Source: a virus (taxonomy: Duplodnaviria; Caudoviricetes). From it: a stretch of 63,588 nucleotides of DNA. The notes beneath the pieces are model-generated. The model did no database searches. It worked only from the letters and a program-made list of their open reading frames with translations, and was not told the origin of the DNA. Position numbers and translations under genes: made by a program. Positions 19,188 through 28,855 of this stretch are shown one piece after another (position 1 is the stretch's first letter; every line of letters starts with the position of its first letter). The DNA lies in the IMG/VR virus record IMGVR_UViG_3300045996_002625, positions 1-63,588 of that record; one strand, given 5' to 3'.

Positions 19188-19478
19188 ATGATCCAGCCAC
19201 TCAACAACCGCATCCTCGTCAAACCATTCCCGCCGGCACACTCCACCCTGATCATCCCCGAGAAATACATCCCGCCCGAGGTGGAACCGATCGAGGCGAT
19301 CGTCGTCGCCCTCGGCAAGAAGAACCGCGACCGAGCCGGCCGCGAGATCGAGTGGAGCGTGAAGCCAGGCGACCACGTCTTCCTCGTCGACTTCATGGGC
19401 GCCGAGACGTTCCAGAACCTTGAGCGCCACCTCATCGTCAAAGAGATCGATATTCTGGCCATCATCGAGCGAGCATGA
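19188..19478 (+). CDS. groES: GroES-like co-chaperonin
   Basis: IQPLNNRILVK..IIP..VVALG..VKPGDHV..IVKEIDILAII. Confidence 0.85.
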   Translation: MIQPLNNRILVKPFPPAHSTLIIPEKYIPPEVEPIEAIVVALGKKNRDRAGREIEWSVKPGDHVFLVDFMGAETFQNLERHLIVKEIDILAIIERA

Positions 19479-19650
19479 GCGACGACCCCATCCAGCCGAT
19501 CCGCGACGCAGAGAGCCCGACAAGCCTCGTGGAGGCTCTGCGGTTCGCGATCAGATACGGGATGGCAATGGGGCGATGCTCGTACCTCCAGATTTACGAC
19601 CCGATGGGAGTACGCGAAATCTCCGTCAGAAAACCGATGGAGGAGGGAGG

Positions 19651-19986
19651 ATGATGGACGCGCCCACACCGCCACTCCGAAACGTCCAAGTCTACAACTG
19701 CGGATACTGCCGCGGCCGCGGGTATCGGCGCCGGAGGACATGCCCAAACTGCGAAGGCCGGCGCGTGATCATCATCCAGAACGGCGAACGCGTGCACCTG
19801 ACCAGCAAGCCGATGGAGTACCAGCCCACCAGCGACCGACGCCCAAGCCTCACCGTGATCTCACAGCGCATTGCTGACGGCCTCTGCACTGGATGCGGAG
19901 CCCCAGACCTCGCCAGCGACATCCACTGCCAGCGCTGCCTCGACAAGCGCGCGAACAGGAGGCACGGCGCCGGCGAGATCGGTTGA
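19651..19986 (+). CDS. Zn-finger protein
   Basis: CxxCxGxG pairs and CTGC..CQRC. Confidence 0.6.
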   Translation: MMDAPTPPLRNVQVYNCGYCRGRGYRRRRTCPNCEGRRVIIIQNGERVHLTSKPMEYQPTSDRRPSLTVISQRIADGLCTGCGAPDLASDIHCQRCLDKRANRRHGAGEIG

Positions 19987-20145
19987 CGACCAGGCCGAAA
20001 GATGGCCTACTGCAGACGTCGGGAGTAGAAGCCCGCCTTTCAAAATATGCCCCACCATCAGGATTCCAGCCATCCGATCGCACCTGCTCACGCCTTGGGG
20101 CACTTCTACCTTGGGCAGACGGTCGGATGGCTCGAGGACTGACCA

Positions 20146-20748
20146 ATGATCGAGACACCCGAAGCGCGAGCCAAGCGCATCAAGGCCGAGAAAGCAGATC
20201 GCGCAGCCCGGGCTGCGTCGTACGCGAAGAAGATGGGGGCCACGCCCAGTTTGCCGCCCGCAGCAAAAAATGACGGCCAGATGGGCAAGCTCGAGGCTCA
20301 ACTCATCACCCGGAAGATCAAAGAAAGCCACGAGCGCACCCTCGAGATGCTCGTCGAAGCGCACGACCGCGGAGCTTGGAAGGCGATGGGATACGACTCA
20401 TGGGGCAAATACACCGAGGCGGAATTCGACTTCAAGCAAGCCCGAGGCTATCAACTCCTGACCCACGCAAAAACGGTCCAAGCGATCGAGAATTCTACAA
20501 ATGTAGAAATTATTCCGAAGTCGGAAGCTCAGACCAGACCGATGAAAAACCTGCCAGCAAAAACGCAGGGACGCGCTTGGAAGGCAGCGCTTAAATCTAC
20601 CGGCGGAGAGCAGCCCACCGGAAAACAGGTCGCCACGATCGTCGCCGCGATAAAGCCCGCCAAAGCCCACGTCGTCGCCACAGAGCCCAACCTGCCGATC
20701 CTCCCCGAGCCCCGCTGCTGCCCCACCTGCAAGCGACCACTGCCATGA
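20146..20748 (+). CDS. Putative DNA-binding protein
   Basis: WKAMGYDSWGKY..F...RGYQL..ESQ/EAQ-RP-type motif. Confidence 0.6.
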   Translation: MIETPEARAKRIKAEKADRAARAASYAKKMGATPSLPPAAKNDGQMGKLEAQLITRKIKESHERTLEMLVEAHDRGAWKAMGYDSWGKYTEAEFDFKQARGYQLLTHAKTVQAIENSTNVEIIPKSEAQTRPMKNLPAKTQGRAWKAALKSTGGEQPTGKQVATIVAAIKPAKAHVVATEPNLPILPEPRCCPTCKRPLP

Positions 20749-21071
20749 GCCTCGTTCACCACTTGGCCGACGAAGTCTCCAAGCTGAAGCCAGGGTATCG
20801 AATCACATTTCCGAGGGACTTGATGGGTGAAATAGGGACGATGCCAATGACGGGAATGTTCGGCCCGCACTGGACTCCAGCAGAGCAGGTAATGGAGGCG
20901 ATCGCGGGAAGCGCGTACGAGGTTCGATACTTCACTGACTTTATCACCAGAGACGTCACCTTCGAACGGCTCAAGAAGCCACTGCAGGACGGCCGCCGCA
21001 CGTACGTCTCCCCCGACCGCCGCGACCGGATGACCCTCGGAGGCGATGGACTATACCACCAACTGCCATGA
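20745..21071 (+). CDS. Hypothetical protein
   Basis: Coupled ORF. Confidence 0.6.
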   Translation: MSLVHHLADEVSKLKPGYRITFPRDLMGEIGTMPMTGMFGPHWTPAEQVMEAIAGSAYEVRYFTDFITRDVTFERLKKPLQDGRRTYVSPDRRDRMTLGGDGLYHQLP

Positions 21072-21409
21072 CCACCGCCTCAATCCTCGTTGAACACCCC
21101 GAGAAGATAAACGCGATCATCCGGCGCCGCAGATTCCGCAGCGGATACCCCAATGGATTCGCGTGCTTCGGAGCGTACTGCCCCGACCACAGCTTCGAAC
21201 TCAACAGCCAGCGCTGCTACTGGTGCGAACACACGATGCACGAGGTAGCGATCAAAATGGGAATCATCATCGACACCGGCGAGATCACGGCTGGCGACGA
21301 CGGACAGCCCCACTGCCCTGATTGCGACGGATCGCTTCGACAACTCGCGATCGACCAGCATCAATGCCGGAACTGCCGCGAAACGTGGACAATGACCCCG
21401 ATTGAATGA
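21068..21409 (+). CDS. Zn-ribbon protein
   Basis: CYWC, CPDC, CRNC. Confidence 0.6.
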   Translation: MTTASILVEHPEKINAIIRRRRFRSGYPNGFACFGAYCPDHSFELNSQRCYWCEHTMHEVAIKMGIIIDTGEITAGDDGQPHCPDCDGSLRQLAIDQHQCRNCRETWTMTPIE

Positions 21410-21451
21410 ACTACAGCAACACCAGCACCCGAATCCAGCCCCCGAGACGCC

Positions 21452-21883
21452 ATGAGCACGCCCACCGATCTCTTCCCAGGCTTCACCACCCCGCCGACGC
21501 ATCCATCGCGCGACCTGCGCCCCGCAGAGCGCAAGGAGCCACCAATGCGCACGCCGGCCGCGAAAGAGTCGATCCCATTCACCCGCGAGTATTACACGAT
21601 GAGATGCCGCGCCCACTGGGACAGAGAACCACTGCGCGACGCGATCGGTAACTGGAGCCACTTCCGCGAGCTTCACGAAGCCCTCAGCGAAGCCATGCGC
21701 CGATTCAAGAGCGAAGGCAGAGGAAGCCTCAAGCCCTTCCTCTGGGATCTCCAGAAGCAAATAAGCCCCAACCAGAACACCCTGCACCCGCTCCTCGACT
21801 TCTGCGACCACTACCAGCGAATATTCCTCCGCCGCGGCCTCGTCATTTACTGCGAGATGATCCTCGCCCAGCTTGAGACATGA
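21452..21883 (+). CDS. Hypothetical protein
   Basis: Coupled to terL. Confidence 0.6.
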   Translation: MSTPTDLFPGFTTPPTHPSRDLRPAERKEPPMRTPAAKESIPFTREYYTMRCRAHWDREPLRDAIGNWSHFRELHEALSEAMRRFKSEGRGSLKPFLWDLQKQISPNQNTLHPLLDFCDHYQRIFLRRGLVIYCEMILAQLET

Positions 21884-23547
21884 CCACCGTTGCCGAACCT
21901 CCCCCAGAGCACGCCGCAGCCAACTGGTGGAACCCAGGCGCGTCGATGCAGGAATTTCACGACTCCGACGCCTTCATTCGATTCCTCATCGGCGGCCGGG
22001 GAACCGGGAAGACCGCAGCGAGCGGCATGGAGGCAATCCGCCACGGCTGGCACATCGCCGGCGCCAAGGCCATCTTCCTTCGCAAGACCGAGAGCAGCCA
22101 GAGCGACACCACGATCGAGACGATCGGGAAGCTCTTCGACCAAATGGGCGCGCTCTACCAAGACACCGGCGACAGCCTCTTCAAAAGCTGGAACAACGGC
22201 CGCACCATCCGGATCCCGAGCCGCAAAGCCGTGGAGGCCTTCAATGAAGCCCTGCCATCGTGGGAAAGCCGCGCCGACCGCGTGAACTGGATCGAGCGCG
22301 AGGGCGACAAACTCTGCAGCTACATCGAATTCCGAGGCCTGCCCCACGCCGTTTCCAAGGAGACGAAGCTGCGCGGATTCGAGTGCTCCATGCTGGTCAT
22401 GATCGAAGCCGACCAGATGACCGTCGAAGATTTCCAGATGGCTATCCCATGCGTTGGACGATGGAAGGGATCAGACCCGGAAACCCGCGATCAGCACGGC
22501 TACATCATCGACAGCTTCATCATCGTCGAAACCAACCCGCCGAGCGACCGCCACTGGATCGCGAAGACCGAGGAGGAGACAGCCAAGGGGATGAACCCAG
22601 GCTACCGCTTCTGGCACATCCGAACCGAGGAAAACGCCCACAACCTCCCCCCGAATTACGTCCAGAACCTCAAGACCGCGTACCGCAACAACAAGGCGAT
22701 GTATAAACGCATGGTGATGGGAGAATACGCCGACGCCTACGACGGGAACCCCGTCTACTACGCCTTTTCGCCGGACGAGCACGTCGGAGAAGACCTTGAG
22801 TGGACCACCGGTGCCTTCCTCATCCGCGGTTGGGACTTCGGCACCTGCAACGCCGTCGTATGGTCGGCATACTGGCGATTCGCCGGCGTCGAATATTGGT
22901 GGGACTTGGCCGAGCAATATCTCGAGGGAAGCGACACCGAGCGCCAAGTGCGCGCCGCCATCCAGCGCACCGAGAACGAATTCGATTTCTGGAACGACCG
23001 TACCGTCTGCGCCGGCGTGCTCGACTATTGCGACCCGGCCGGCAACAACAGCTCCTACACGCGCCAGATCGACGTCAATGGCAAGCGCACCGAGGAAAGC
23101 GCGATCGCCATCCTCAACACCTACGGCATCTTCCCAGGCTTCACCACGACCGCACGCGGCCTGCAGGAGACGCTGGCGACCGTCAACCGATTGCTCGAGA
23201 CCCGGGACGGCCCGCTGATCGATCGAATCACCAAGCTCCCCGACGGCAAGATTGAGAAAGTTCAGATCCCCACCGGCAACCCCGTCTACCGCATCGACAA
23301 GAAGAATTGCCCGATCCTCTACCGCGGCCTCTGCGGCGCGTACCGCTACCCTAACGTAGGAGAGGCAGGCTACGGCAACAACGAACCGATGAAGGGGGCC
23401 GTCGCCGAGAACATCGACCACATCCAAGACGCCGCGCGTTACTCCAAAATTAACGTCCTGCGCCTCATGAAATCCGATGCCGAGAAGATCAAGGAGTCGA
23501 CCCTCAAGCAGTACCAGAGGAACCCGAATCCGAAGAGGCAGGACTGA
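21880..23547 (+). CDS. terL: Terminase large subunit
   Basis: GGRGTGKT Walker A; LRGFE..VMIEAD; TNPP; GWDFG and DHIQDAARY nuclease motifs. Confidence 0.92.
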   Translation: MTTVAEPPPEHAAANWWNPGASMQEFHDSDAFIRFLIGGRGTGKTAASGMEAIRHGWHIAGAKAIFLRKTESSQSDTTIETIGKLFDQMGALYQDTGDSLFKSWNNGRTIRIPSRKAVEAFNEALPSWESRADRVNWIEREGDKLCSYIEFRGLPHAVSKETKLRGFECSMLVMIEADQMTVEDFQMAIPCVGRWKGSDPETRDQHGYIIDSFIIVETNPPSDRHWIAKTEEETAKGMNPGYRFWHIRTEENAHNLPPNYVQNLKTAYRNNKAMYKRMVMGEYADAYDGNPVYYAFSPDEHVGEDLEWTTGAFLIRGWDFGTCNAVVWSAYWRFAGVEYWWDLAEQYLEGSDTERQVRAAIQRTENEFDFWNDRTVCAGVLDYCDPAGNNSSYTRQIDVNGKRTEESAIAILNTYGIFPGFTTTARGLQETLATVNRLLETRDGPLIDRITKLPDGKIEKVQIPTGNPVYRIDKKNCPILYRGLCGAYRYPNVGEAGYGNNEPMKGAVAENIDHIQDAARYSKINVLRLMKSDAEKIKESTLKQYQRNPNPKRQD

Positions 23548-23720
23548 GGAAATTTGCCGCCGGCAGCAAACGCGGGACACGGATTCGCAACAAAAGGTTT
23601 GCAACGCATCGCGCAAGGTTCTACGGACACAGAGCGATGCTGGAAACGTGGTGGCGTGCGGGAACTCTCCCCACGCCACCACCAACCGGCCAAAAACAGC
23701 CAGCCAAACGAACCGCAAAT

Positions 23721-24284
23721 ATGATCAAACCCTCTATTCTCATTGCCGTCGCGGCCTGCTTGGCTGCGCCCCGTTTCATGTCTGCCCACAAGGACGCCTA
23801 CACCGGCAGTTCCTCGAGCAGCAGCCCGAGCCCCGAAGGCCGCAGTCTCGCCGAAGACCCCAGCGATCCCAACGCCGTGCAAGGCGGACAGAAAAAGGAA
23901 GCCGAGCAGATGACCGAGGAAAAGCAGGAGAAGATCTCCGGCCCGACCGTGGAACCCGAGCAGAGCCCCGGCACGCCGGCGTGGGACATCGAGAGCCAGC
24001 GCGAAACGGAACTTTTCGAGTCCGGAGACGTCGTCTTCGTCCGCGAAGGATCCTCGACTCACCTCACCGCCTACCCGAAGCACGAGGTGGCCACGCGATA
24101 CACCGGCATCACCTCCCGCACCTCGGGATGGGAGAAGGACCGCGAAGTCACCGTCCTCGAGCTCGACAATGGCGACACGGTCACCAAACGCGGCGTCGAA
24201 GTCATCGTCGCCCCGGCGAAGGGTGGCGCGGCCAAGACCGACGGGCCCAGCCTCAACGCTCACGCGCCTAACGAGTCCCACTAA
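23721..24284 (+). CDS. Hypothetical protein with hydrophobic N-terminus
   Basis: MIKPSILIAVAACLAA followed by an acidic low-complexity region. Confidence 0.6.
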   Translation: MIKPSILIAVAACLAAPRFMSAHKDAYTGSSSSSSPSPEGRSLAEDPSDPNAVQGGQKKEAEQMTEEKQEKISGPTVEPEQSPGTPAWDIESQRETELFESGDVVFVREGSSTHLTAYPKHEVATRYTGITSRTSGWEKDREVTVLELDNGDTVTKRGVEVIVAPAKGGAAKTDGPSLNAHAPNESH

Positions 24285-24293
24285 TCCGGCGCC

Positions 24294-24614
24294 ATGCTGC
24301 CATCCACGACAGCGCCGGCGATGCCCATGGCGACGGCTTCGAAGCTCCCGCTGAACATCGCCGAGCTTGCTCCCAACCTCCGAGTTCCAGGCGTCACCCC
24401 GCCACCGCGGCAGGCGGCCGGCATGATGGCGGGCCCGGGAGGAACGCCACTCGGAACATTCCCGAGCCCCACAGCCCCCGCGGAGCCTCCGTACACCGTC
24501 GACATGCAGGCCGACGGATCAGCCATCTTCAAAAGCAGGACGGAGCCGCCTGTCGTCATTGGAGTCGCAAAAGCGCCGAAGCTCCCTCCGGCGCTGCAAC
24601 CACCGAAAATGTAA
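24294..24614 (+). CDS. Pro-rich hypothetical protein
   Basis: 106-aa ORF. Confidence 0.6.
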   Translation: MLPSTTAPAMPMATASKLPLNIAELAPNLRVPGVTPPPRQAAGMMAGPGGTPLGTFPSPTAPAEPPYTVDMQADGSAIFKSRTEPPVVIGVAKAPKLPPALQPPKM

Positions 24615-24617
24615 TCG

Positions 24618-25496
24618 ATGAATGGCCAGCCGTTTCACTACGTAGCCCTGATAGGGCAGACCCCCGACGGCGGCAACGCCATGGTCGGTGCCAGCGCGCC
24701 GGAATCAGCGAGCCAAACGCTGACCTTCAGCGACCAGCCCGAGAACAACGAGACAGTCACGATCGGCACGAAGACCTACACGTTCAAGACGACGATCACG
24801 AACGCGACGGCAAACCAAGTACTGCGCGGAGCGGACACCGAAGCGTCGATCGCAAATCTTGCTGCAGCCATCAACCGCGGAGCAGGAGACGGCGTCAAAT
24901 ACAGCAGCGCCACCATCGCGCACACCCAGGTCACCGCCACAAGCGACGCCACGACGCTCACCGTCACGGCGATCAACCCGGGACAGCAGGCGAACAGCAT
25001 CGCCGTATCTGACACGGTCGCCGACGCCACGTGGGGCTCCTCGACGCTTGACGGCGGAACCAATGCAGTCCTAAACACATCCATCGCCGCAGGCACAGCC
25101 AACATCGGAGACGTGGACGTGGCGAGCACGGTCAACCCAATTCCGCCCGCTGTTTCAACCTACAGCCCATCGCTATTCCAGAACCTCGGAGCGGACGCCA
25201 CGCTGAACGTCAAGGCTTCCGCCGGGAATGTTTTCTCGCTGACCTGCCACAACGAAAATGAGGCAGCCAGATACGTCCAACTTCACAACACCGCCACCGT
25301 CCCGACTTCAGGGGTGACTGTGCCGGTTTTTACATTCCTCGTCCCGGCAGGCTCACAGACCATCATCGGGACGGATTTCTTCACCAACGCGGGGTGTCAT
25401 TTTGCGACAGGCATCGCCTTCGCCTTCTCCACCACCAAAGACGTCTACACCGCAGCCACCGCCAGCGAACAATCAACCTGGGTCCAATATAAGTGA
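24618..25496 (+). CDS. Putative virion structural protein
   Basis: Thr/Ala-rich, beta-type composition. Confidence 0.6.
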   Translation: MNGQPFHYVALIGQTPDGGNAMVGASAPESASQTLTFSDQPENNETVTIGTKTYTFKTTITNATANQVLRGADTEASIANLAAAINRGAGDGVKYSSATIAHTQVTATSDATTLTVTAINPGQQANSIAVSDTVADATWGSSTLDGGTNAVLNTSIAAGTANIGDVDVASTVNPIPPAVSTYSPSLFQNLGADATLNVKASAGNVFSLTCHNENEAARYVQLHNTATVPTSGVTVPVFTFLVPAGSQTIIGTDFFTNAGCHFATGIAFAFSTTKDVYTAATASEQSTWVQYK

Positions 25497-26284
25497 GCAC
25501 CCTCATCCCCTCCCTCCCTGGCGCAAGCGCTACTCCAGTCTATGCCGGGGTCTCATTGACGGAGCCGGTCGATCACACAGCGCTGCCCTCGGTGCAGGCT
25601 GCGCTCAACACGCTGCAACTCGTTCGCCGCCTCGCTCGAATCCAAACCTTTGACTTCTATCCCGGCTTACATGTCGGGGGCTATGTCGCTGCGGGAACGG
25701 GCGGGATCTCAGGAGGGACCACGGGGGATGCATACGTGCGTTTGCAAACAGGAGCCACCTCCGCCAGCACCGAGGCGATCTATTATCAGGCGCAACAACA
25801 GTTCGCCCAGGACGGGGTGACGGGGAACGGAAGCATCGACTATTCGCAGCAAATTTCAGTGACCTGGCGATTCAGCTGCTTCGCGGAACTAACGACCAAC
25901 GCGTTCTTCCGCGCTTCCATCGGAAAAAACAACGGAGCCGGGGTGCTCAACGCCTCGGGATTCGGCTTCGAGGTGACCTACAAATCCAGCGGAATTGGCA
26001 GCCTGAAGCTCCAAACCCACGATGGATCACTCCACACCTCCGCAGAGTTGTCGGAGATCACCACCTCGGCGGACGGCCCGGTGCATGAAGTCACTATTGA
26101 AACGGACGGGACTGGGAACGCGTATCTCTACCTCAACGGTGTCTATAAAGGGACAGCCGCGACGGCACCAGCGACCAACGCCGCGGCCACCCGATACCTC
26201 GTCGCTGAAGTGGGGAACGGAGCGGATTCCAGCAACAACATGGTCTACCTCACGATGACACGCGGCATCGTAAAAAAAAATTAA
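25493..26284 (+). CDS. Putative fibre/receptor-binding protein (short form)
   Basis: Gly/Thr-rich, lectin-like; ends GTA AAA AAA AAT TAA. Confidence 0.6.
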   Translation: MSTLIPSLPGASATPVYAGVSLTEPVDHTALPSVQAALNTLQLVRRLARIQTFDFYPGLHVGGYVAAGTGGISGGTTGDAYVRLQTGATSASTEAIYYQAQQQFAQDGVTGNGSIDYSQQISVTWRFSCFAELTTNAFFRASIGKNNGAGVLNASGFGFEVTYKSSGIGSLKLQTHDGSLHTSAELSEITTSADGPVHEVTIETDGTGNAYLYLNGVYKGTAATAPATNAAATRYLVAEVGNGADSSNNMVYLTMTRGIVKKN

Positions 26285-26865
26285 CTGAACCGCTCTTTTC
26301 CACCTCATATCCTTCACCCTCTCTAGCCGTTGGCGATTCAATTACCTCCGCACAAGATGGAACCTCTTGGGTCGATATCGCTGAAAACACCGCACCAGCT
26401 CAGAACTCCGTCTGGTTCAATCTCGGAGTCAATGGGCGCACCATCTCGGACATCGAGGCCGTCTACGCCGCAGAGGTCTATCCGCATTCGCCCTACGTCA
26501 CCGATATCCCGGCGGTCCTTTACCTTAACATTGGAAACAACGACCTCGGGCAAGGACTCACGCCAACCCAAATCGCGACGGCGACCGACGCCTATGTTCT
26601 CCGCGCCCAATCGGACGGGTTTTACGTCATCCTCACCACAATCGGGGCGAGTTCCTTTCAGCCTCCAGGTTCGGATTGGGATAACCACCGCCTACTGGTC
26701 AATGCCGCCCGCCTCTTAAACACCCTTCCAAATGCTGTCTACGATTTCGCCGCTTGGTTCGATCCCGACACTATGTCGGTGGACGGGACGCACCCTGACC
26801 TTGCAGCTGAAACGCGCTACGGGACGGAAATTGTGGCGTTGGCTGCGTCAACACTTGGCTGGTGA
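26272..26865 (+). CDS. SGNH/GDSL hydrolase domain; no start codon, -1 frame extension of the 25493 gene
   Basis: Manual translation gives AVGDSIT, NLGVNG, IGNND, DGTHP; no ATG/GTG/TTG between the stop at 26206 and the GDS motif. Confidence 0.85.
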   Translation, partial: KKKLTEPLFSTSYPSPSLAVGDSITSAQDGTSWVDIAENTAPAQNSVWFNLGVNGRTISDIEAVYAAEVYPHSPYVTDIPAVLYLNIGNNDLGQGLTPTQIATATDAYVLRAQSDGFYVILTTIGASSFQPPGSDWDNHRLLVNAARLLNTLPNAVYDFAAWFDPDTMSVDGTHPDLAAETRYGTEIVALAASTLGW

Positions 26866-26891
26866 ATCAACCTACCACTGCCGCGAATTGA

Positions 26892-27023
26892 ACTCATCGT
26901 CCGTCGGGCCCCACCGACCTGACCTACTTCGTCAGCCTCGGAGACAGTCATTTCACGACAGCGGGCAATCAACTCATCGCGGCGGACTTCGAGGCCGCCA
27001 CTCGCGCGAGTTTGGGATGGTGA
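26892..27023 (+). pseudogene. Orphan second SGNH-like C-terminus
   Basis: DLTYFVSLGDSHFTTAGNQLIAADFEAATRASLGW* parallels DTMSVDGTHPDLAAETRYGTEIVALAASTLGW*. Confidence 0.5.
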
Positions 27024-27089
27024 CTTTATGAGCGACGCCGACCTGCTCGACAAATCCCGCTGACCGATTCTACACGGACCACCTCATGT

Positions 27090-27443
27090 ATGCCGGAATA
27101 CCTGATCACGGCGCTGCTCGGAGTAGTTTCAGCACCGGCACCGGCACCACCGATCTCGCTAACGCAGGGACTCGTCGTCTACGGCCCGCTTGGACTTTGG
27201 GTCATCTGGTTTATCATCCGCGACATCAACGACCGTAAGGATAGAAAGGCCGATCGGGATGACCAAGAGCGAAGACACAAAGAGAATCTCGACGCTCAAC
27301 GCAAGGTCGAGCAGGCGCTGCGAACTAACACGAATTCGCAAATGGTCACCTGCGCCGCTTTGAAGCATTTGGACGTCGCCCTCGGCGACGTCGTCACACA
27401 AGTCAACGCCATGAACAAAGATGAGAATCCTGATCGTCGATGA
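27090..27443 (+). CDS. Holin-like membrane protein (TM plus coiled coil)
   Basis: YGPLGLWVIWFII followed by a charged helical tail. Confidence 0.6.
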   Translation: MPEYLITALLGVVSAPAPAPPISLTQGLVVYGPLGLWVIWFIIRDINDRKDRKADRDDQERRHKENLDAQRKVEQALRTNTNSQMVTCAALKHLDVALGDVVTQVNAMNKDENPDRR

Positions 27444-27861
27444 TGACCCGCACATGGTCGAGGTGCTCGCTCATTTCCTTGAGCCGATCACCTCTAAGAT
27501 AGAGACGACATCGAGACTGCAGACCGCGATCGAGCTATCGACGACTCGAAAATTCAACGTGATCATCCTCGACCTTCTGCTTGAGGACAGCACCAAGGAA
27601 AAAACTCTCGACGCCATCAAGATATTCAAGAGCCACCAATCGGCAGTCGTGGTCGTGTCTGGAGTCCCAGAGCCAACGATCGAGCAGCAAGCCAAGCAGG
27701 CAGGCGCCGACGCCTTCGTCCCCAAGGATAACACCTTCGGAAAAAGCGCGCTCATCATAGCCACCAACGTGGCGCTGATGAACATGCCGAGAACCAGCCC
27801 AAAATCAGAATCATTCGAGTCGCACGTAGAAACACTTCGACGGATGGCGCAAAGTCTGTAA
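27421..27861 (+). CDS. Stand-alone response regulator receiver (CheY-like)
   Basis: ILIVDDD, IILDL (phospho-Asp), VVSG, AGADAFVPK. Confidence 0.92.
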   Translation: MRILIVDDDPHMVEVLAHFLEPITSKIETTSRLQTAIELSTTRKFNVIILDLLLEDSTKEKTLDAIKIFKSHQSAVVVVSGVPEPTIEQQAKQAGADAFVPKDNTFGKSALIIATNVALMNMPRTSPKSESFESHVETLRRMAQSL

Positions 27862-27874
27862 GTATCTCCACGCT

Positions 27875-28489
27875 ATGATCGACTGGATCGAGAAACACCT
27901 CACGAGTTGGCAAACATGGGTGGGGTTAATACTCGGATCGATCGCCAGCATGGCAGCGGTGTTCGTGGCGCTGAAAAACTGCCTGACCGTGCTCCTCGCC
28001 GCCTACCGCGGTGGAGTATTCGTGATCAAGATCGAGGAAGTCATCGGGAAGTTCAAAACCGAAGTGCTTGAGCGCCTCGACCGCATCGACGAAGGCCAGG
28101 CGAACCAGATTCAGATCCGGAGAGCGATCATGGAGGAGGACGAAGCAAAGGCATGGTTTGAAGCCGACCACCGCGGCCACCTCATCTGGGCAAACCGCCT
28201 GTACCGCGACCTCGTCGGAATGGAATCCGACCACGTGCGCGGCCGAGGATGGGAAGCCGGCATTGCCGCCGAAACGAGAGACGAAGTACTGCGCGACTGG
28301 ACGTCCGCATTTGACCATCAGCGAATGTTCGAGCGCGTGCTGATCTTCCAATGCATCCGCGACGGCACCAGGCAGCGCGTGCGACTCTCTGCGTGGCCAA
28401 TCCGAAGGGAGAGCGACGGGAAGATCTTGTCCTACACCGGCAACGCCACCATCCTCTCCCATGAACGAAGAAGCTCGAGCAAAGCGTAA
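27875..28489 (+). CDS. Membrane-anchored PAS-domain protein
   Basis: N-terminal TM; WFEADHRGHLIWANRLY..LVG....GRGW...D..W..PIRRESDGKILSYTG. Confidence 0.88.
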   Translation: MIDWIEKHLTSWQTWVGLILGSIASMAAVFVALKNCLTVLLAAYRGGVFVIKIEEVIGKFKTEVLERLDRIDEGQANQIQIRRAIMEEDEAKAWFEADHRGHLIWANRLYRDLVGMESDHVRGRGWEAGIAAETRDEVLRDWTSAFDHQRMFERVLIFQCIRDGTRQRVRLSAWPIRRESDGKILSYTGNATILSHERRSSSKA

Positions 28490-28645
28490 CCTCCGGCGCC
28501 GAGTGACGCGCCCGCGGGTAGTTCTCCGCCGGCAACTGCACAAGGCCGTGATCATGATGATCGAGAACGAAGCATCGGCGCGAAAATGGACGATGCGCCC
28601 CCTTTTGTCTTGAACGATTAGGACAAATCTGCTCGGAGTGACGAC

Positions 28646-28855
28646 ATGAGCATCACCGACCTCCTCCAGCAGATGGTCGACCACGGCGGAACGATTCACC
28701 TCGCCAGCGACCTCAGCGAAGAGGAAATCGCCAGCGCCATGGCCGACCGTCGATTCGCCTCCGATCCCAAGGGCAACGGATTCGTGCGACGCGTGGCCCG
28801 GTCAGAGAAGAAGGAACCGTATCGCGCAACCCCTCAGCACATGCCCGCCACATGA
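28646..28855 (+). CDS. Hypothetical protein
   Basis: 69-aa ORF. Confidence 0.55.
   Translation: MSITDLLQQMVDHGGTIHLASDLSEEEIASAMADRRFASDPKGNGFVRRVARSEKKEPYRATPQHMPAT

Noticed and set aside
25493-27023. Diversity-generating retroelement acting on the fibre
   Set aside because: No reverse transcriptase, and no adenine-specific TR/VR pair
26330-27031. Track ORFs 26330-26719 and 26732-27031
   Set aside because: They overlap the SGNH frame, which carries the catalytic motifs
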